Shown: positions 9,860-20,885 of the stretch, piece after piece
Numbering within the stretch: the first letter of the stretch is position 1
Layout: each line of letters opens with the position of its first letter
Assembly: GCA_049840735.1 (NCBI GenBank)
Contig: JASGJN010000026.1
Location: 480,001 to 544,000, forward strand
Reading direction: 5' to 3'
DNA: 64,000 nt
From: Anaeromyxobacter sp.
GTDB lineage: Bacteria; Myxococcota; Myxococcia; Myxococcales; Anaeromyxobacteraceae
The notes under the pieces: generated by a model
The model's database searches: none
What the model was told of the DNA's origin: nothing
What the model saw: only the letters and a program-made list of their open reading frames with translations
Program-made: the position numbers and the translations under genes

Positions 9860-11134
9860 TCAGCCCGCCCGCTCCCACGCGGCCGCGAAGAAGCCGTCCG
9901 TCCCGTGCCGGTGCGGCCAGGTCCGCACGAAGCCCTCGGCGGTGAGCACGGCCGGATCGAGCGCCGGGACCACGCGCCGGAAGCCGCGGTGGGCGGCCTC
10001 GAAGGCCAGCGCCACCGCCTCGTCCTCCTCGCGCCGGAAGGTGCAGGTGGCGTAGACCAGCCGGCCTCCGGGGCGCACGTGGCCGGCCGCGCGCGCGAGG
10101 ATCTCCAGCTGCAGCGCCGGCAGCGGCGCGAAGCGGGCCGGGTCGAGCCGCCAGCGCAGGTCCGGCCCGCGCCGCAGCGCGCCCAGCTCGGAGCAGGGCG
10201 CGTCCACCAGCACGCGGTCGGCCCGGAGTCCGGGCGGCGCCTCGGCGCCGTGCACCCGCACGATCCCCGCCGCGCCGGCCCGCTCGGCCCGCGCGCGCAG
10301 CCGGACCAGCCGCTCAGGATCCGGATCGGCCGCGTGGACCGCCCCGGCGCTGCCCACCTCGGCGGCCAGCAGCAGCGTCTTGCCGCCGGGGCCGGCGCAG
10401 GCGTCCAGCACCACCTCGCCCGGCCGCGCCTCCACGGCGGCGCCGAGCAGCTGGCTGCCCTCGTCCTGCACCTCGAAGTGCCCGTCGCGGAAGGCGGGCA
10501 GGCCGTAGACGTTGGGGCGCGGGTGGACCGAGAGGAGCGCGTGCGGCGCCAGCGCGGCGGCGCGTGTGGGGACGCCCTCCCAGGCCAGGCGCGCTGCCAG
10601 CGCCGGGCGCGTGGTGCGCAGCAGGTTGGCGCGCAGGAAGACCGGCCCGGGGAGGTCCAGCGCGTCGGCCAGCGCCGCGGCCTCCGGGCCGGCCGCGCCG
10701 CGCAGCTCGTCGGCGAGCCAGTCCGGGAGCGAGAAGCGGTCCGCCAGCCCCGGCGGCGGCGGGACCGGCGGCGGCAGCGCGTCCGGCGGCAGGGCCGTCA
10801 GGGCCGCGGCGTCGGCCCGCCCGCCCAGGTCGCGCGCCAGCGCCGCCAGCAGCAGCCGCGGCGGCGCGTCCGGCGCGCCCAGCTGCGTCCGCAGCCGGCG
10901 GCGCCACAGCCCCACGCCGAAGATGGCCTCGGCCGCCGCGGCGCGGCTGGGGGCGCGCAGCTCGCGGTGGGCGCGCAGGAAGCGATCCAGCACCCGTTCC
11001 CCCGGGGCGCCGGCGAGCACCTCCGCCAGCGGGCCGTCCAGCGCCGGCGCCAGCCCTGCCAGCGCCTCCCAGGGCACGCCCTGCAGGCGCGCCTCCGACG
11101 GGGACGCCGGCGTGGTCTGTGCGTCCAGCGCCAT
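9860..11134 (-). CDS. RsmB/NOP2-family RNA m5C methyltransferase
   Basis: QDEGSQL, DACAGPGGKT, VLVDAPCS, LVYATCT, TDGFF. Confidence 0.9.
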   Translation of the reverse strand: MALDAQTTPASPSEARLQGVPWEALAGLAPALDGPLAEVLAGAPGERVLDRFLRAHRELRAPSRAAAAEAIFGVGLWRRRLRTQLGAPDAPPRLLLAALARDLGGRADAAALTALPPDALPPPVPPPPGLADRFSLPDWLADELRGAAGPEAAALADALDLPGPVFLRANLLRTTRPALAARLAWEGVPTRAAALAPHALLSVHPRPNVYGLPAFRDGHFEVQDEGSQLLGAAVEARPGEVVLDACAGPGGKTLLLAAEVGSAGAVHAADPDPERLVRLRARAERAGAAGIVRVHGAEAPPGLRADRVLVDAPCSELGALRRGPDLRWRLDPARFAPLPALQLEILARAAGHVRPGGRLVYATCTFRREEDEAVALAFEAAHRGFRRVVPALDPAVLTAEGFVRTWPHRHGTDGFFAAAWERAG

Positions 11135-11243
11135 CGGACGAGGATAGCGCAGCGGGCGCGGCCGGCGTGGGTCCCGATGCCGCGCGGCGCGGCGGCCGGC
11201 CCGGTCTTCCGCTACACTCCAGGGGTGATGGCCTTCCTGAAGA

Positions 11244-11295
11244 CCGTTCGGCCTGAGCGTGGGGCCGCGAAGCGGCCCGGAGTCGAAGGCCAGGG
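11244..11295 (+). repeat. Palindromic REP-like element, copy 2
   Basis: CCGTTCGGCCTGAGCGTG-[GGGCCGCGAAGCGGCCC]-GGAGTCGAAGGCCAGGG. Confidence 0.8.
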
Positions 11296-11361
11296 ATCGC
11301 GCCGCCCGCCGCTCGCCCGGCCACCCGTCTCCCGCCCCTCCGCGGGGCTGAGGGAGGCGCG

Positions 11362-12753
11362 ATGAGCCAGGCCCGCGTGCTGGTGGTGGACGACAAGGAG
11401 AACCTGCGCAAGCTCTTGGCGCGGGTGCTGGGGGAGCAGTTCGAGGTGGAGACCGCCGAGGACGGCGCCCGCGCCATGGCGCTGGTGGCCAGCCGCCCCT
11501 ACGACGTGGTGCTCACCGACATCCGAATGCCGGCCGCCGACGGCTTCGAGCTCTTGGCGGCGGTGAAGGCGCGCTCCCCGGACACCGAGGTGGTGATGAT
11601 GACCGGGTACGCCACCGTGGCGGACGCGGTCCGCGCCATGAAGCTGGGCGCGCTCGACTACCTGGAGAAGCCCTTCGACCCCGACGCCGCGCTGGCGGTG
11701 GTGGCGCGGGCGGCGGAGCGCAAGCGGTCGGCCGACGCGGCGCGCGCCGAGGCCCCGGGCGAGGAGGCCCGCTTCCACAACCTGGTGGGGAAGAGCCCGC
11801 GCATGCGCGAGGCCTACGCGCTGCTGGAGAAGGCGGCCGGCCTGGACCTCACCGTGCTGCTGCTGGGCGAGACCGGCACCGGCAAGGAGCTGGCGGCGCG
11901 CGCCGTCCACTACCACTCCGCCCGGCGCGAGCGCCGCTTCGTGCCGGTCAACTGCGGCGCGCTCCCGGCCGAGCTGGTGGAGAGCGAGCTGTTCGGCCAC
12001 GCCCGCGGCGCCTTCACCGGCGCGGCCACCGCGCGCGCCGGGCTGTTCGAGGAGGCGCAGGGTGGGACGCTGTTCCTGGACGAGATCGGCGAGCTGCCGC
12101 TGCCGGCGCAGGTGAAGCTCAACCGCGCGCTGCAGGAGAAGGAGATCCGCCGCGTGGGCGACGCGCAGGCCATCCCTGTGGACGTGCGGGTGATCGCCGC
12201 CACCCACCGCGACCTGCGCGACGAGGTGAAGGCCGGCCGCTTCCGCGAGGACCTCTTCTACCGGCTCAACGTCTTCCCGGTGCCGCTGCCCCCGCTGCGC
12301 GAGCGGCCAGAGGACGTGGCGCTGCTGGCGGCGCACTTCCTGGAGAAGCACGCCCGCGCGCTGCGCCGGGCCGTCACCGGGTTCGAGCCGGAGGCGCTGC
12401 GCCGCATGGCGGCCCACGCCTGGCCAGGGAACGTGCGCGAGCTGGAGAACGCGGTGGAGCGGGCCGCCGCCGTGGCCAGCGGCGAGAAGATCACCGCCGC
12501 CGACCTGCCGCCCGACGTGGCCGCGCCGGCGCCGGGCGCCGCACCCTTGGAGCCGGCCGCCGCGCTGGCGCGCCTGCCCTACCGCGAGGCGGTGGCCGGC
12601 GCGCGCGATTGCGTCTCGCGCGAGTACCTGGTGGCGCTGCTGGAGGAGTTCGGCGGGAACGTCACCCGCGCCGCCGAGCGGGCCGGGCTGGAGCGCGAGA
12701 GCCTGCACCGGCTGCTGCGCAAGTACGGGCTGCGCTCGGAGGACTTCAAGTAG
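11362..12753 (+). CDS. Sigma-54-dependent response regulator (receiver, AAA+, Fis HTH)
   Basis: [49 protein letters not shown]. Confidence 0.95.
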   Translation: MSQARVLVVDDKENLRKLLARVLGEQFEVETAEDGARAMALVASRPYDVVLTDIRMPAADGFELLAAVKARSPDTEVVMMTGYATVADAVRAMKLGALDYLEKPFDPDAALAVVARAAERKRSADAARAEAPGEEARFHNLVGKSPRMREAYALLEKAAGLDLTVLLLGETGTGKELAARAVHYHSARRERRFVPVNCGALPAELVESELFGHARGAFTGAATARAGLFEEAQGGTLFLDEIGELPLPAQVKLNRALQEKEIRRVGDAQAIPVDVRVIAATHRDLRDEVKAGRFREDLFYRLNVFPVPLPPLRERPEDVALLAAHFLEKHARALRRAVTGFEPEALRRMAAHAWPGNVRELENAVERAAAVASGEKITAADLPPDVAAPAPGAAPLEPAAALARLPYREAVAGARDCVSREYLVALLEEFGGNVTRAAERAGLERESLHRLLRKYGLRSEDFK

Positions 12754-13180
12754 TCAGAAGAGGCGCAGGCCGCAGCTCAGCGGGGAGAAGACGGCCGCCA
12801 GCGCCAGGAAGGCCAGCACGACCTGCCAGGTGGGCCGCCTGCGGGCGGCGGCGAGCCGCTCTGCGGGAGACTGGGCCAGCGCGAGCGGCGCCGCGGCCTC
12901 CGGGGCTTCGCCGGTGGCCTCGGCAGCCAGCTGTTCGGCGGTGGGCGCCTCCAGCATCTCCCCGACCACCTCGGCCGCGCGCGCCAGGTCGGACTCGAGC
13001 ACGTAGATGCCCGCGCTGCGCCCCACGTTTCCGAGGACCCCGGCGCCGAACAGCTGCGGCAGCACGCCGTCCAGAATCGCGCAGCTGGCAGGGCACGCCG
13101 GCCTCCTCGAGCAGCCCCTGCACCACGAGGGCCTCGCCGTGGTCGGCGTAGCTGGCGAACAGGACGGTGCGGTCGGACAT
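12754..13180 (-). CDS. DUF2007-like protein with C-terminal TM; apparent +1 frameshift at 13074-13078
   Basis: [16 protein letters not shown]; removing one base (GATTC->GATC) gives continuous CQLRDLDGVLPQ...[11 protein letters not shown]. Confidence 0.7.
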
Positions 13181-13265
13181 GGCCGGACCGTAGCACGGCC
13201 GCGCTGGCGGCGGACGGCCGCCGGTCGTCCACGTCGCGGCCCGGTGCCTCGTGTACAGTCCAGGG

Positions 13266-13847
13266 ATGATGACCCCCGCCGCCTGCCCAACCTGCCTGCA
13301 GCCGCTCCCGGAGCCGCGCGGGAGCTTCTGCCCAGCGTGCGGCGCGCGGCAGGCGTCCGCCGGGCCGGAGCTCCCGGTCCCCAGCGCGCCCGCGGCGGCC
13401 ACGCTCCACCCCGGGCTTCGCCCCACGGGCGTCCTCTTCCTGGCCCGGGCGGCGCTCTCGCTGCCCGGGCTCGTCACCGCCGTCCAGTCGTCGTTCCGGT
13501 TCCCGCTCCCCTGGGTGGCCGAGACCGTGCTCATCGCAGCCATCGGCGCGGCGCTGCTGGCCCGGGTGCAGGCGCTGCGCTGGCCGGCGCTGGGCGCTGC
13601 CGCCCTGCCGCTGGTCCTGTCGATCCACCTGCTGGGGTCGATCGCTGGATACGGCGGCGGCGAGGCGTTCCTGACCGCCGGCGTGCTCATCCCCATGCTG
13701 CTGTCGCCGCTGGTGTTCCTGGCGGCGACGGCCCTCCTGCTCGTCCCGCGCCCGCAGCCCACGGCGCGGGTGGCGCTGGTGGCGCTCGGCCTGGCGCCGG
13801 GGGTGCTGCTGACGCTGTGGAACCAGATCAAGCTGATGGTGGGGTAG
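13266..13847 (+). CDS. Membrane protein with N-terminal zinc ribbon
   Basis: CPTC...FCPACG followed by several hydrophobic helices. Confidence 0.65.
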   Translation: MMTPAACPTCLQPLPEPRGSFCPACGARQASAGPELPVPSAPAAATLHPGLRPTGVLFLARAALSLPGLVTAVQSSFRFPLPWVAETVLIAAIGAALLARVQALRWPALGAAALPLVLSIHLLGSIAGYGGGEAFLTAGVLIPMLLSPLVFLAATALLLVPRPQPTARVALVALGLAPGVLLTLWNQIKLMVG

Positions 13848-14033
13848 GCGAGGAGGTGGGGATGGGCCTGGCGGGGTTCCGCGCCTCGTGAGCGCGGCCG
13901 CGTCCGGTCCGGCAAGGATCAGCCCGGCCGCGCCGGGCTCACCACCGCGTCGTAGCGGCGCGTGCCGGTCCGCTCGAAGCGAGCGCGGCGGCCCGGCGCA
14001 CGTGGGGGCTAGGCGCCGCGCAGCCGCCGTGGC

Positions 14034-14525
14034 ATGAACCGGAGGATGGAGGCGCTGCTCTACACGCTGGGTGGGGTGCTCCTGGTGGTCGGGCTGGCCG
14101 GCGTGGTGCTGCCCGCCGTGCCGGGCTCGCTCTTGCTGGGCCTGGGCGCGGTGCTCATCGGCTGGGCCGACGGCTTCCAGCGGGTGGGCTGGGGCGCGGT
14201 CATCACCGCCGTGGTGCTGGCCGTGATCATCTGGGCGGTCGACCTGCTGGCCGGGATCCTCGGCGCGCGGGCCTTCGGCGCGTCGAAGTGGGCCGTGATC
14301 GGGGCCGGCCTCGGCCTGCTGGCCGGCCTCTTCTTCGGCCTGCCCGGCCTGGTGCTGGGTCCGGCGGTGGGCGCCATCGCGCTCGAGTACCTCCGCAACC
14401 CGGACTTCGAGCGCGCGCTCAAGGCCGGGGCGGGCGCGTTCCTGGGCTTCGTGCTGGGCAGCGCCGTCAAGGTGGCGCTGGCCTTCGTGCTGATCGGCGT
14501 GCTGGTGCTGGCCCTCGTCATCTGA
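14034..14525 (+). CDS. DUF456-family membrane protein
   Basis: LPAVPG..L, GA.AFGASKW, G...GPAVGA..LEY patterns. Confidence 0.85.
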   Translation: MNRRMEALLYTLGGVLLVVGLAGVVLPAVPGSLLLGLGAVLIGWADGFQRVGWGAVITAVVLAVIIWAVDLLAGILGARAFGASKWAVIGAGLGLLAGLFFGLPGLVLGPAVGAIALEYLRNPDFERALKAGAGAFLGFVLGSAVKVALAFVLIGVLVLALVI

Positions 14526-14709
14526 GCCCCCCCCTTGGTAAGGGTGGCGCGTCACCTCCGGGTGTGGCGTGCCCGGGCGATGCCGGCAGAAATGGGCCCT
14601 GGTTTCACGGACCCGTGGTCCGTCCCCTCCGGTGCGGAGCTTGCTTCCGTCCAGGCGTCCCCCTGGCCCAGCCGGCGCCGCCAGGGTGTGGAGGACTCTG
14701 GGGAAAACC

Positions 14710-17152
14710 TTGGCTCGCAGCGGCTTCTCGCGGACGCCCATGCTGCTCTTCGCTGGCCTGGCCCTGGCCATCGCGGCCGGAGGCGTGGCCTTCGAGCGGC
14801 AGACGACCGAGGCGCGGCGCGAGGAGACCGAGCGCAAGGTGGCGGCCATCGCCAGGCTGCAGGCCGACGCCATCGGCGCCTGGCGCGCGGAGCGGGTGCG
14901 CGCGGCGGTCGGGCTGGCGTCCACCATCGAGGCGCTGGTGGACCTGCCGGCGCTGGGCCGGACCGGCCTGGCCGCCGACGGCGTCCGCGCCGACCTGACG
15001 CTCGCCTTCGCCGCCTACCAGCGCGAGCGACGCGCCGACCTGGCCGCGGTGGTGGATGCAGGCGGCCTCCCGCTGGCGGGCACCGCGCAGGACCTCCGCC
15101 CCGTCCTCTCGGCAGGGCTGCCCGGCGCGCCGCTGGCGACCGACGTCACGCTCCCCGGCGGCGGGCTGGGGCTGCAGGTCACGGTGCCGCTGCAGGCGCG
15201 CGCGCCGGCGGCGGCGCTGGTGGTCCGCTTCGACGCGGCGCGCGAGGTGCTGCCGTTCCTCCGCGGCTGGCCCGGCGCCACCGCCAGCGGGCAGCTGCTG
15301 CTGGTGCGGCGGTCCCGCGGGCAGGCGGTGACGTTCGGCGCCGGCGCGAGCGCCGCGGAGCTCTCCTCGCGGCTGCCCGGCGGCTCCCTCCTGGACGGGC
15401 TGACCGCGGCGGCCGCCACCGGCCGCCCGGACGTGGTGCGCGGGCTGGACGACCGCGGCGTGGAGGTGATCGCCGCCGCCCACCCGGTCCCGGGCTCGCC
15501 CTGGACGGTGCTGGCCCGCGTCGACGCCGCCGAGACCGAGGGGGCCGAGCGGACGCTGGGCGCGCTCACGCTCATGGCCGCGCTGGGGCTGGTGGCGGCC
15601 ACCGGCGCCGGCCTCCGCCTCTGGTCGCGCCGCGATCGCGTGCGGACGCTGGAGCGGGCCTGGAGCGCCGAGCGGCGGGCCCGCCTGCTGCGCGACGAGC
15701 AGGCCCGGCTGGTCGAGCTGGTGGGCGAGCCGGTGGTGCTGCTCGACCCCGAGCAGCGCGTCCGCTTCTGGAACCCGGCCGCGGAGCGGCTTCTTCGGCC
15801 ACCCGCCGGACGAGGCCATCGGCCGCGACCTGGACGAGCTGCTGGCGGCGCGCCCCGCCGGCGATCCGGAGGGGCTGCGCCGCCTGCGCGAGCAGCCTCG
15901 CTGCACGACCGAGCTGCGGCTCTGCCGCCGCGACGGCGAGCCGCTGGAGGTGGAGGTCACGGCGGTGGCCCTGCGGGTCGCGGAGGGCGCCGTGGCCGGG
16001 CACCTGCGCGTCCTCCACGACCTGACCGCGCGCCGGCGCGAGGAGGCCTCGCGGCTGGCGCTCAGGGCGCGGCTGGCCGAGAACCGATCGCATGGCGTCG
16101 ATGGGCCTGGTGGCCGCCAGCGTGGCGCACGAGGTGGCCACGCCGGTGGGCTACGCCCTGACCAGCCTGCGCTTCGCGCGCGAGGAGCTGGCCCGGACCG
16201 CGCCCGCGCTCCAGGAGATCGAGGCCGCGCTGGCCGACGCCGAGGAGGGCGCCGAGCGGGTCCGGCGCATCGTGGCCGAGGTGCGCACCTTCTCGCGCGC
16301 CGGCGCAGAGGAGGGGCCGGCCGACGTGGCGCGGGTGGTGGACTCGGCCCTGCGGCTGGCCGGCGCCGAGCTGCGCCACCGGGCGCGCGTGGTGGTGGAG
16401 GTCGCGCCGGTCCCGCCGGTGCGGGCCAGCGCCCACCACCTCGGCCAGGTGCTGCTCAACCTGCTCGTCAACGCCGCCCACGCCATCCCGCCCGGCGCGC
16501 CGGAGCGCAACCAGGTGCGGGTGGTGGCGCGGCGCGACGGCGACCAGGTGCTGGTGGAGGTGGCGGACACGGGCGGCGGCATCCCGCCCGGCGTCGCCGA
16601 GCGGCTCTTCGAGCCGTTCTTCACCACCAAGGCGGCCGGGCAGGGCACCGGCCTGGGCCTGGCCATCTGCAAGCGGCTGGTGGACGAGGCCGGCGGGGCC
16701 ATCTCCTTCGAGAGCGCGCCGGGGCAGGGCACCACGTTCCGGCTGCGGCTGCCCGCGGCGCCGGCCGCCGCCGACGCGGCCGGCCGGGCCCGCGTGCTGG
16801 TGGTGGACGACAATCCCTCGGTGGCGCGCGCCCTGGCCCGCACGCTGGCCTCGGCGCACGACGTCCGACCGAGACCGACCCGCGCAGCGCGCTGGCGCTG
16901 CTGCGGACCGGCGAGCCCTTCGACCTGGTCATCTGCGACGTGCGCATGCCCGGGCTGGACGGGATCTCGCTGCTGGAGCGGGCCGGCGAGGCGCGGCCCG
17001 GGCTGCAGGCCAGCTGGGTCTTCGTCACCGGGCACGCGGGCGAGGCCGAGGAGCGGCTGGTCCGGACCGGCCGGCCCGTGCTGCGCAAGCCCTTCGACCC
17101 CGCCGCGCTCCGCGCGCTGGTGGACGGGCGGATCTCCCGGCGGGCCTGCTGA
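14710..17152 (+). CDS. Membrane hybrid sensor kinase (periplasmic sensor, PAS, HisKA, HATPase, receiver); three apparent indels near 15792, 16081 and 16866; start approximate
   Basis: Two TMs; PAS (FWNPAAERLFG after correction); AHEVATP, QVLLNLLVNA, DTGGGI, FFTTK..GTGLGL; receiver VVDD...CDVRMP...KPF. Confidence 0.8.
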
Positions 17153-17184
17153 GCCGGGTGCGCCGCGGCCCGCGGGCCTGTACC

Positions 17185-18311
17185 ATGGCCGCCTTGTCCC
17201 TGCGCCCCGCCCTCGCCGCGCTGCTGCTCTCCCTGGCCTTCCCTGCGGCCGCCGCGGTGCGCGCCGGCGACGCGCCGCTGGGGCTGGCCACGCCCGGCCC
17301 GCTGCGCGGGCTCTTCCTGGACATGCCGCTCCACGACGCCCGCGGCGCCGGCGCCCCCACCCTCGAGCTGCGCTGGCACCTGGCCAACAGCTGGACCGAG
17401 CCGACGCTGCTCTTCCGCGGCGAGCAGGTGGTCTCGGTGCAGCAGGACGTGCAGGCCGACGTGCTGCAGCTGCGGGTGGGCGTGCCCTGGTCGCGCCTGC
17501 TGCAGGCCGCGTGGGCCGAGCGGGTCGAGACCACCGTGGAGGCGCAGCTGTCGTACCTGTGGGGCGGCTGGACCGACCTGCCCATCGAGCGCTGGCACGC
17601 GCTCATCGACTCCTGGAACTTCGAGCGCGAGCAGTACCCGCGCGACGAGGTGCACCTCACGCTGGCCGAGGAGGGCGGCCCGACGCTGGCGCAGCTCGAC
17701 CACCCGCGCCTGGGCTTCGGCGACGTGGCGCTGCGCACGCAGGCGCGGCTCTGGTCCGGCCCGGCCGCCCCCGGGCAGGCGCCGCGCTGGGCGGTGGCGG
17801 GCCGGTTCGAATCTCAAGCTCCCCACCGGCCAGCTCGCGGCCATGGGCGGCTCGGGCGGCCTCGACGCCGGGCTGGGGCTCTCCGGCACCTGGGCGCCGG
17901 CGGGCTGGTTCACCGGCCACGCCGGGGGCAGCCTGCGCGCGGTGAGCGGCCTCCCGCACGGCTTCCCGCTGCAGCCCCGGACGCTCCAGGGCGGCCTGGA
18001 CCTGTCGCTGGTGGTGCGCCCCTGGCCCTGGCTGGCGCTGGTGGGCGAGGCGCGCCTGTCCTCGGCGCTCTTCCAGGACGGGTGGTCGCTCGCGCCGGGC
18101 GTGAAGGAGCCGGAGGCCACCGCCTGGTACTCGCTGTTCCGGGCCCAGCAGCAGCTCACCGGCGCGGTGCGGGTCGGCGAGGTGACCGTGTTCCTGGCCG
18201 AGGACTTCACGGTGGGGAAACGCTACGCCACCGACCCCGGGGCCGTCCTGGTTCTACGACACCAACACGCCGGACCTGGTGCTGGGCGTGTCGTGGCGCC
18301 ACGCGTACTGA
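17185..18311 (+). CDS. Exported, probable outer-membrane beta-barrel protein (DUF3187-like); apparent indels at 17809-17813 and ~18240
   Basis: Signal peptide; corrected reading gives GFGDV..., FDLKLPTG...GSGG.D and ends PDLVLGVSWRHAY. Confidence 0.65.
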
Positions 18312-18339
18312 GACCTCAGGCTCCAGACCTCAGGCCTCA
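18312..18339 (+). repeat. Degenerate heptamer tandem repeat x4
   Basis: GACCTCA GGCTCCA GACCTCA GGCCTCA. Confidence 0.6.
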
Positions 18340-18388
18340 GGGGAAGCAGCAGCTCCAGCGGGACCGCGAGCTGCGGACCAGCGCCCTT

Positions 18389-18440
18389 CCGTTCGCCCTG
18401 CGCGCAGCGGCGCGAAGCGCCGCGGAGTCGAAGGGCAGGG
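18389..18440 (+). repeat. Palindromic REP-like element, copy 3 (between convergent genes)
   Basis: CCGTTCGCCCTGCGCGCA-[GCGGCGCGAAGCGCCGC]-GGAGTCGAAGGGCAGGG. Confidence 0.8.
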
Positions 18441-18447
18441 CTCGACC

Positions 18448-19029
18448 TCACCTCACCCCGCGCAGGCGCCGCACCGGCGCGGCCGCGGGCGGCGCGTCCT
18501 GCGGCGCCACCAGGGCCACGCGGCCCGGGTCGCGCGCCAGGATCACCTCCGGCCCCTGGTCCGGCGCCAGCGCCCGCAGCTCCGGGAAGACCGCCGCGCC
18601 GAACAGGGCCGGCTCGCGCACCGCGCCGCCGGCCGCGGTGGCGGCCAGCGGGCGCCCCTGCTGCCGGGCGGCGGCGGCCAGCGCGGCCAGGTGGCCCGGC
18701 AGCGGCGCGGCCTCCTCGCTCCCCAGCAGCATCACCCCGCCGGCGGCCGGCGCGCACTCCAGCAGCCGGGCCAGCCCGCGCTGCAGCAGCGCCGGGGCGC
18801 CCGGCCCGGCGCCGGCCCCGCACACGGTGACCACCGGGAGCCCGGCCAGCGCGCCGCGCAGCGGGTCGCTGGAGAGGGCCAGCACCACCACCACCGGCCA
18901 GAGCCCGGCGTCCACGGCGGCGCTGGCCGCCTGGCGCACCAGGGCGCCGTCATCGTCCGCGCTTCCGGAACGCGGCGCCCCGGCCAGCACGATCCCGGCC
19001 AGCCCTTGCATGTCGCTGGAGTCCGTCAC
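18448..19029 (-). CDS. Degenerate MobA/MocA-like nucleotidyltransferase-fold protein
   Basis: GIVLAG, LVRQAA..A..AGL.PVVVVL, EPALF...VFPEL..L..DQG; nucleotide-binding loop truncated. Confidence 0.65.
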   Translation of the reverse strand: MTDSSDMQGLAGIVLAGAPRSGSADDDGALVRQAASAAVDAGLWPVVVVLALSSDPLRGALAGLPVVTVCGAGAGPGAPALLQRGLARLLECAPAAGGVMLLGSEEAAPLPGHLAALAAAARQQGRPLAATAAGGAVREPALFGAAVFPELRALAPDQGPEVILARDPGRVALVAPQDAPPAAAPVRRLRGVR

Positions 19030-19176
19030 GTCCCCCGCCGCAGCGCCCGACGGGGCGCGCGACCGGGATTCTGTCCGGACCGAGGCGCGGCGTCCCGCCG
19101 GAACGTTCGTTTTCCCCCACCTGGGAACCCGGGCAGCCCAGGTCAGGCTGCGCGCTCCAGCGCGCTCAGGGCGCGC

Positions 19177-20730
19177 TCAGCCCCGCGCCGCCGCGGCCAG
19201 CGCGGAGGCCAGCTGGGCGAGGTCGAAGGGCCTGTCCACCAGCGGCCGCCCGGTCCGCGTCACGGCCGCGCGACGCGCGGCGTCGAGCTTCCCGGTGGCG
19301 GTGAACACCACCCGGCGCGCCAGCTCGGGCCAGCGGGCCGCCAGCGCCTGGTGCAGCGCCTCGCCGGCGAGGTCGGGCGTGTCCAGGTCGCAGAGGATCA
19401 CGTCGAAGCGCTGGCCGGCCTCGAGCCGCGCCTGCGCCTCGCCGCCGCTGGCCACCACCGAGACCTCGTGGTCCGGCAAGAGCCGCGCCAGCGACCGGCC
19501 CACCTCCGGCTCGGCCTCGATCACCAGGAGCCGCGTCCGGTCCTCCGCCGCGGGGGCCGCGGCGGCGCCGGGGACGGCCGCCGGCAGGACCACCTGCGCC
19601 ACGGTCCCGCCCCCCGGCGTGCTGTCGAGCAGGAGCGAGCCGCCCAGCGACGTGAAGATGGCCCGCGCGGCCGGGAGCCCCAGCCCGTGCCCGGTGCCGG
19701 CGGGGCCCGCCGAGAAGGGATCGAAGGCGCGGCTCAGCTTCTCCTGCGCCAGCCCGGCGCCGTCGTCGGAGATCTCCACCCGCGCGTCCCCCTCCGGCGT
19801 GCGGCCCAGCCCGACGCGCAGGGTGTGGACCTCGGGCGCCCCGTCCGGCAGCGACTGCAGCGCGTGCACCAGCAGGTTCAGGAAGGCCTGGGCCAGCCGC
19901 GCCTCGTTGGCCAGCACCCGCGGCGCCTCCTGGAAGGCCCGCACCAGGCGGGCCCGGCGGCGCAGCGCCGGCGTGAGGAGCGCCAGCGCCGCGTCGAGCA
20001 CCCGGGCCAGGTCGAGCGCGGCGCGCGGCTCGTCCTCTGCGCGCGCGAAGAGGCGCAGGTACCGGACCGTGTCGCGCACCCGCTCGGCGGCCTCGCGCGC
20101 GTCGCGCAGCGCCGCCTCCAGCTCCGCCGCGGCCTCGCGCTGGGCGCTGGCCGGCGGGAGCGCCGCCGCCAGCCCGGGCAGCGCCTCCAGCGCGTAGCCC
20201 AGGTTGGCCAGCACGCCGGCGAGCGGGCTGCTCACCTCGTGGGCCACGCCCGCCGCCAGGGTGCCGACCGCGGCCAGGCGGCCCGCCTGCAGCGCCCGCT
20301 CCTCGGCCTCCTTGTGCGCCGTGACGTCGAGCAGCGTCCCCTCGATCAGCTCGGTGCCGTCCTCCACCACCCGCAGCTGCTCGCTGTAGATCACCCAGAC
20401 CGGCGTCCCGTCCCGCCGGCGCATGCGCAGCTCGCCGGCCTGCAGCGCGCCGTCGGCGCGCAGCCGCGCCAGGATCTCCTCACGCATTCGCGGGTCGAGG
20501 TAGAGGGCGGTGGCCGGGACCTCCTGCAGCTCCTCGGGCGAGGCGTAGCCGAAGGCGCGGGCGAAGGCCGGGTTCACCTCCAGCAGGCGCCCGTCCGGCG
20601 TGCTCCGGTACACGCCGGCCAGGTTGCGCTCGAACAGGTCGCGGTAGCGCTCCGCGGTGGCGCGCAGCGCCGCGGCCAGCTCCGCCGCGCGGAGCGCCTG
20701 CTCGCCGGTCGTGTCGGGGGGCGCCGTCAC
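19177..20730 (-). CDS. Cytoplasmic PAS hybrid histidine kinase with atypical N-box and receiver
   Basis: PAS (EVNPAFARAFGY), AHEVSSPL, ISDDGAG, GHGLGL, C-terminal receiver. Confidence 0.85.
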   Translation of the reverse strand: MTAPPDTTGEQALRAAELAAALRATAERYRDLFERNLAGVYRSTPDGRLLEVNPAFARAFGYASPEELQEVPATALYLDPRMREEILARLRADGALQAGELRMRRRDGTPVWVIYSEQLRVVEDGTELIEGTLLDVTAHKEAEERALQAGRLAAVGTLAAGVAHEVSSPLAGVLANLGYALEALPGLAAALPPASAQREAAAELEAALRDAREAAERVRDTVRYLRLFARAEDEPRAALDLARVLDAALALLTPALRRRARLVRAFQEAPRVLANEARLAQAFLNLLVHALQSLPDGAPEVHTLRVGLGRTPEGDARVEISDDGAGLAQEKLSRAFDPFSAGPAGTGHGLGLPAARAIFTSLGGSLLLDSTPGGGTVAQVVLPAAVPGAAAAPAAEDRTRLLVIEAEPEVGRSLARLLPDHEVSVVASGGEAQARLEAGQRFDVILCDLDTPDLAGEALHQALAARWPELARRVVFTATGKLDAARRAAVTRTGRPLVDRPFDLAQLASALAAAARG

Positions 20731-20885
20731 CGGACCGACAGTAGGAGAACGCGCCGCCCGGCCGCAAGCGCCTCGCGGTCACGCCTGCGGGGCGGTGCGG
20801 CCTGCCCCCACACCGGGGCCGGGACCGGGGGCCCGCGCGCACTTACCGGTCGCCCGCCGGGCCGCGACGGGGTAGGACTCGGGCG

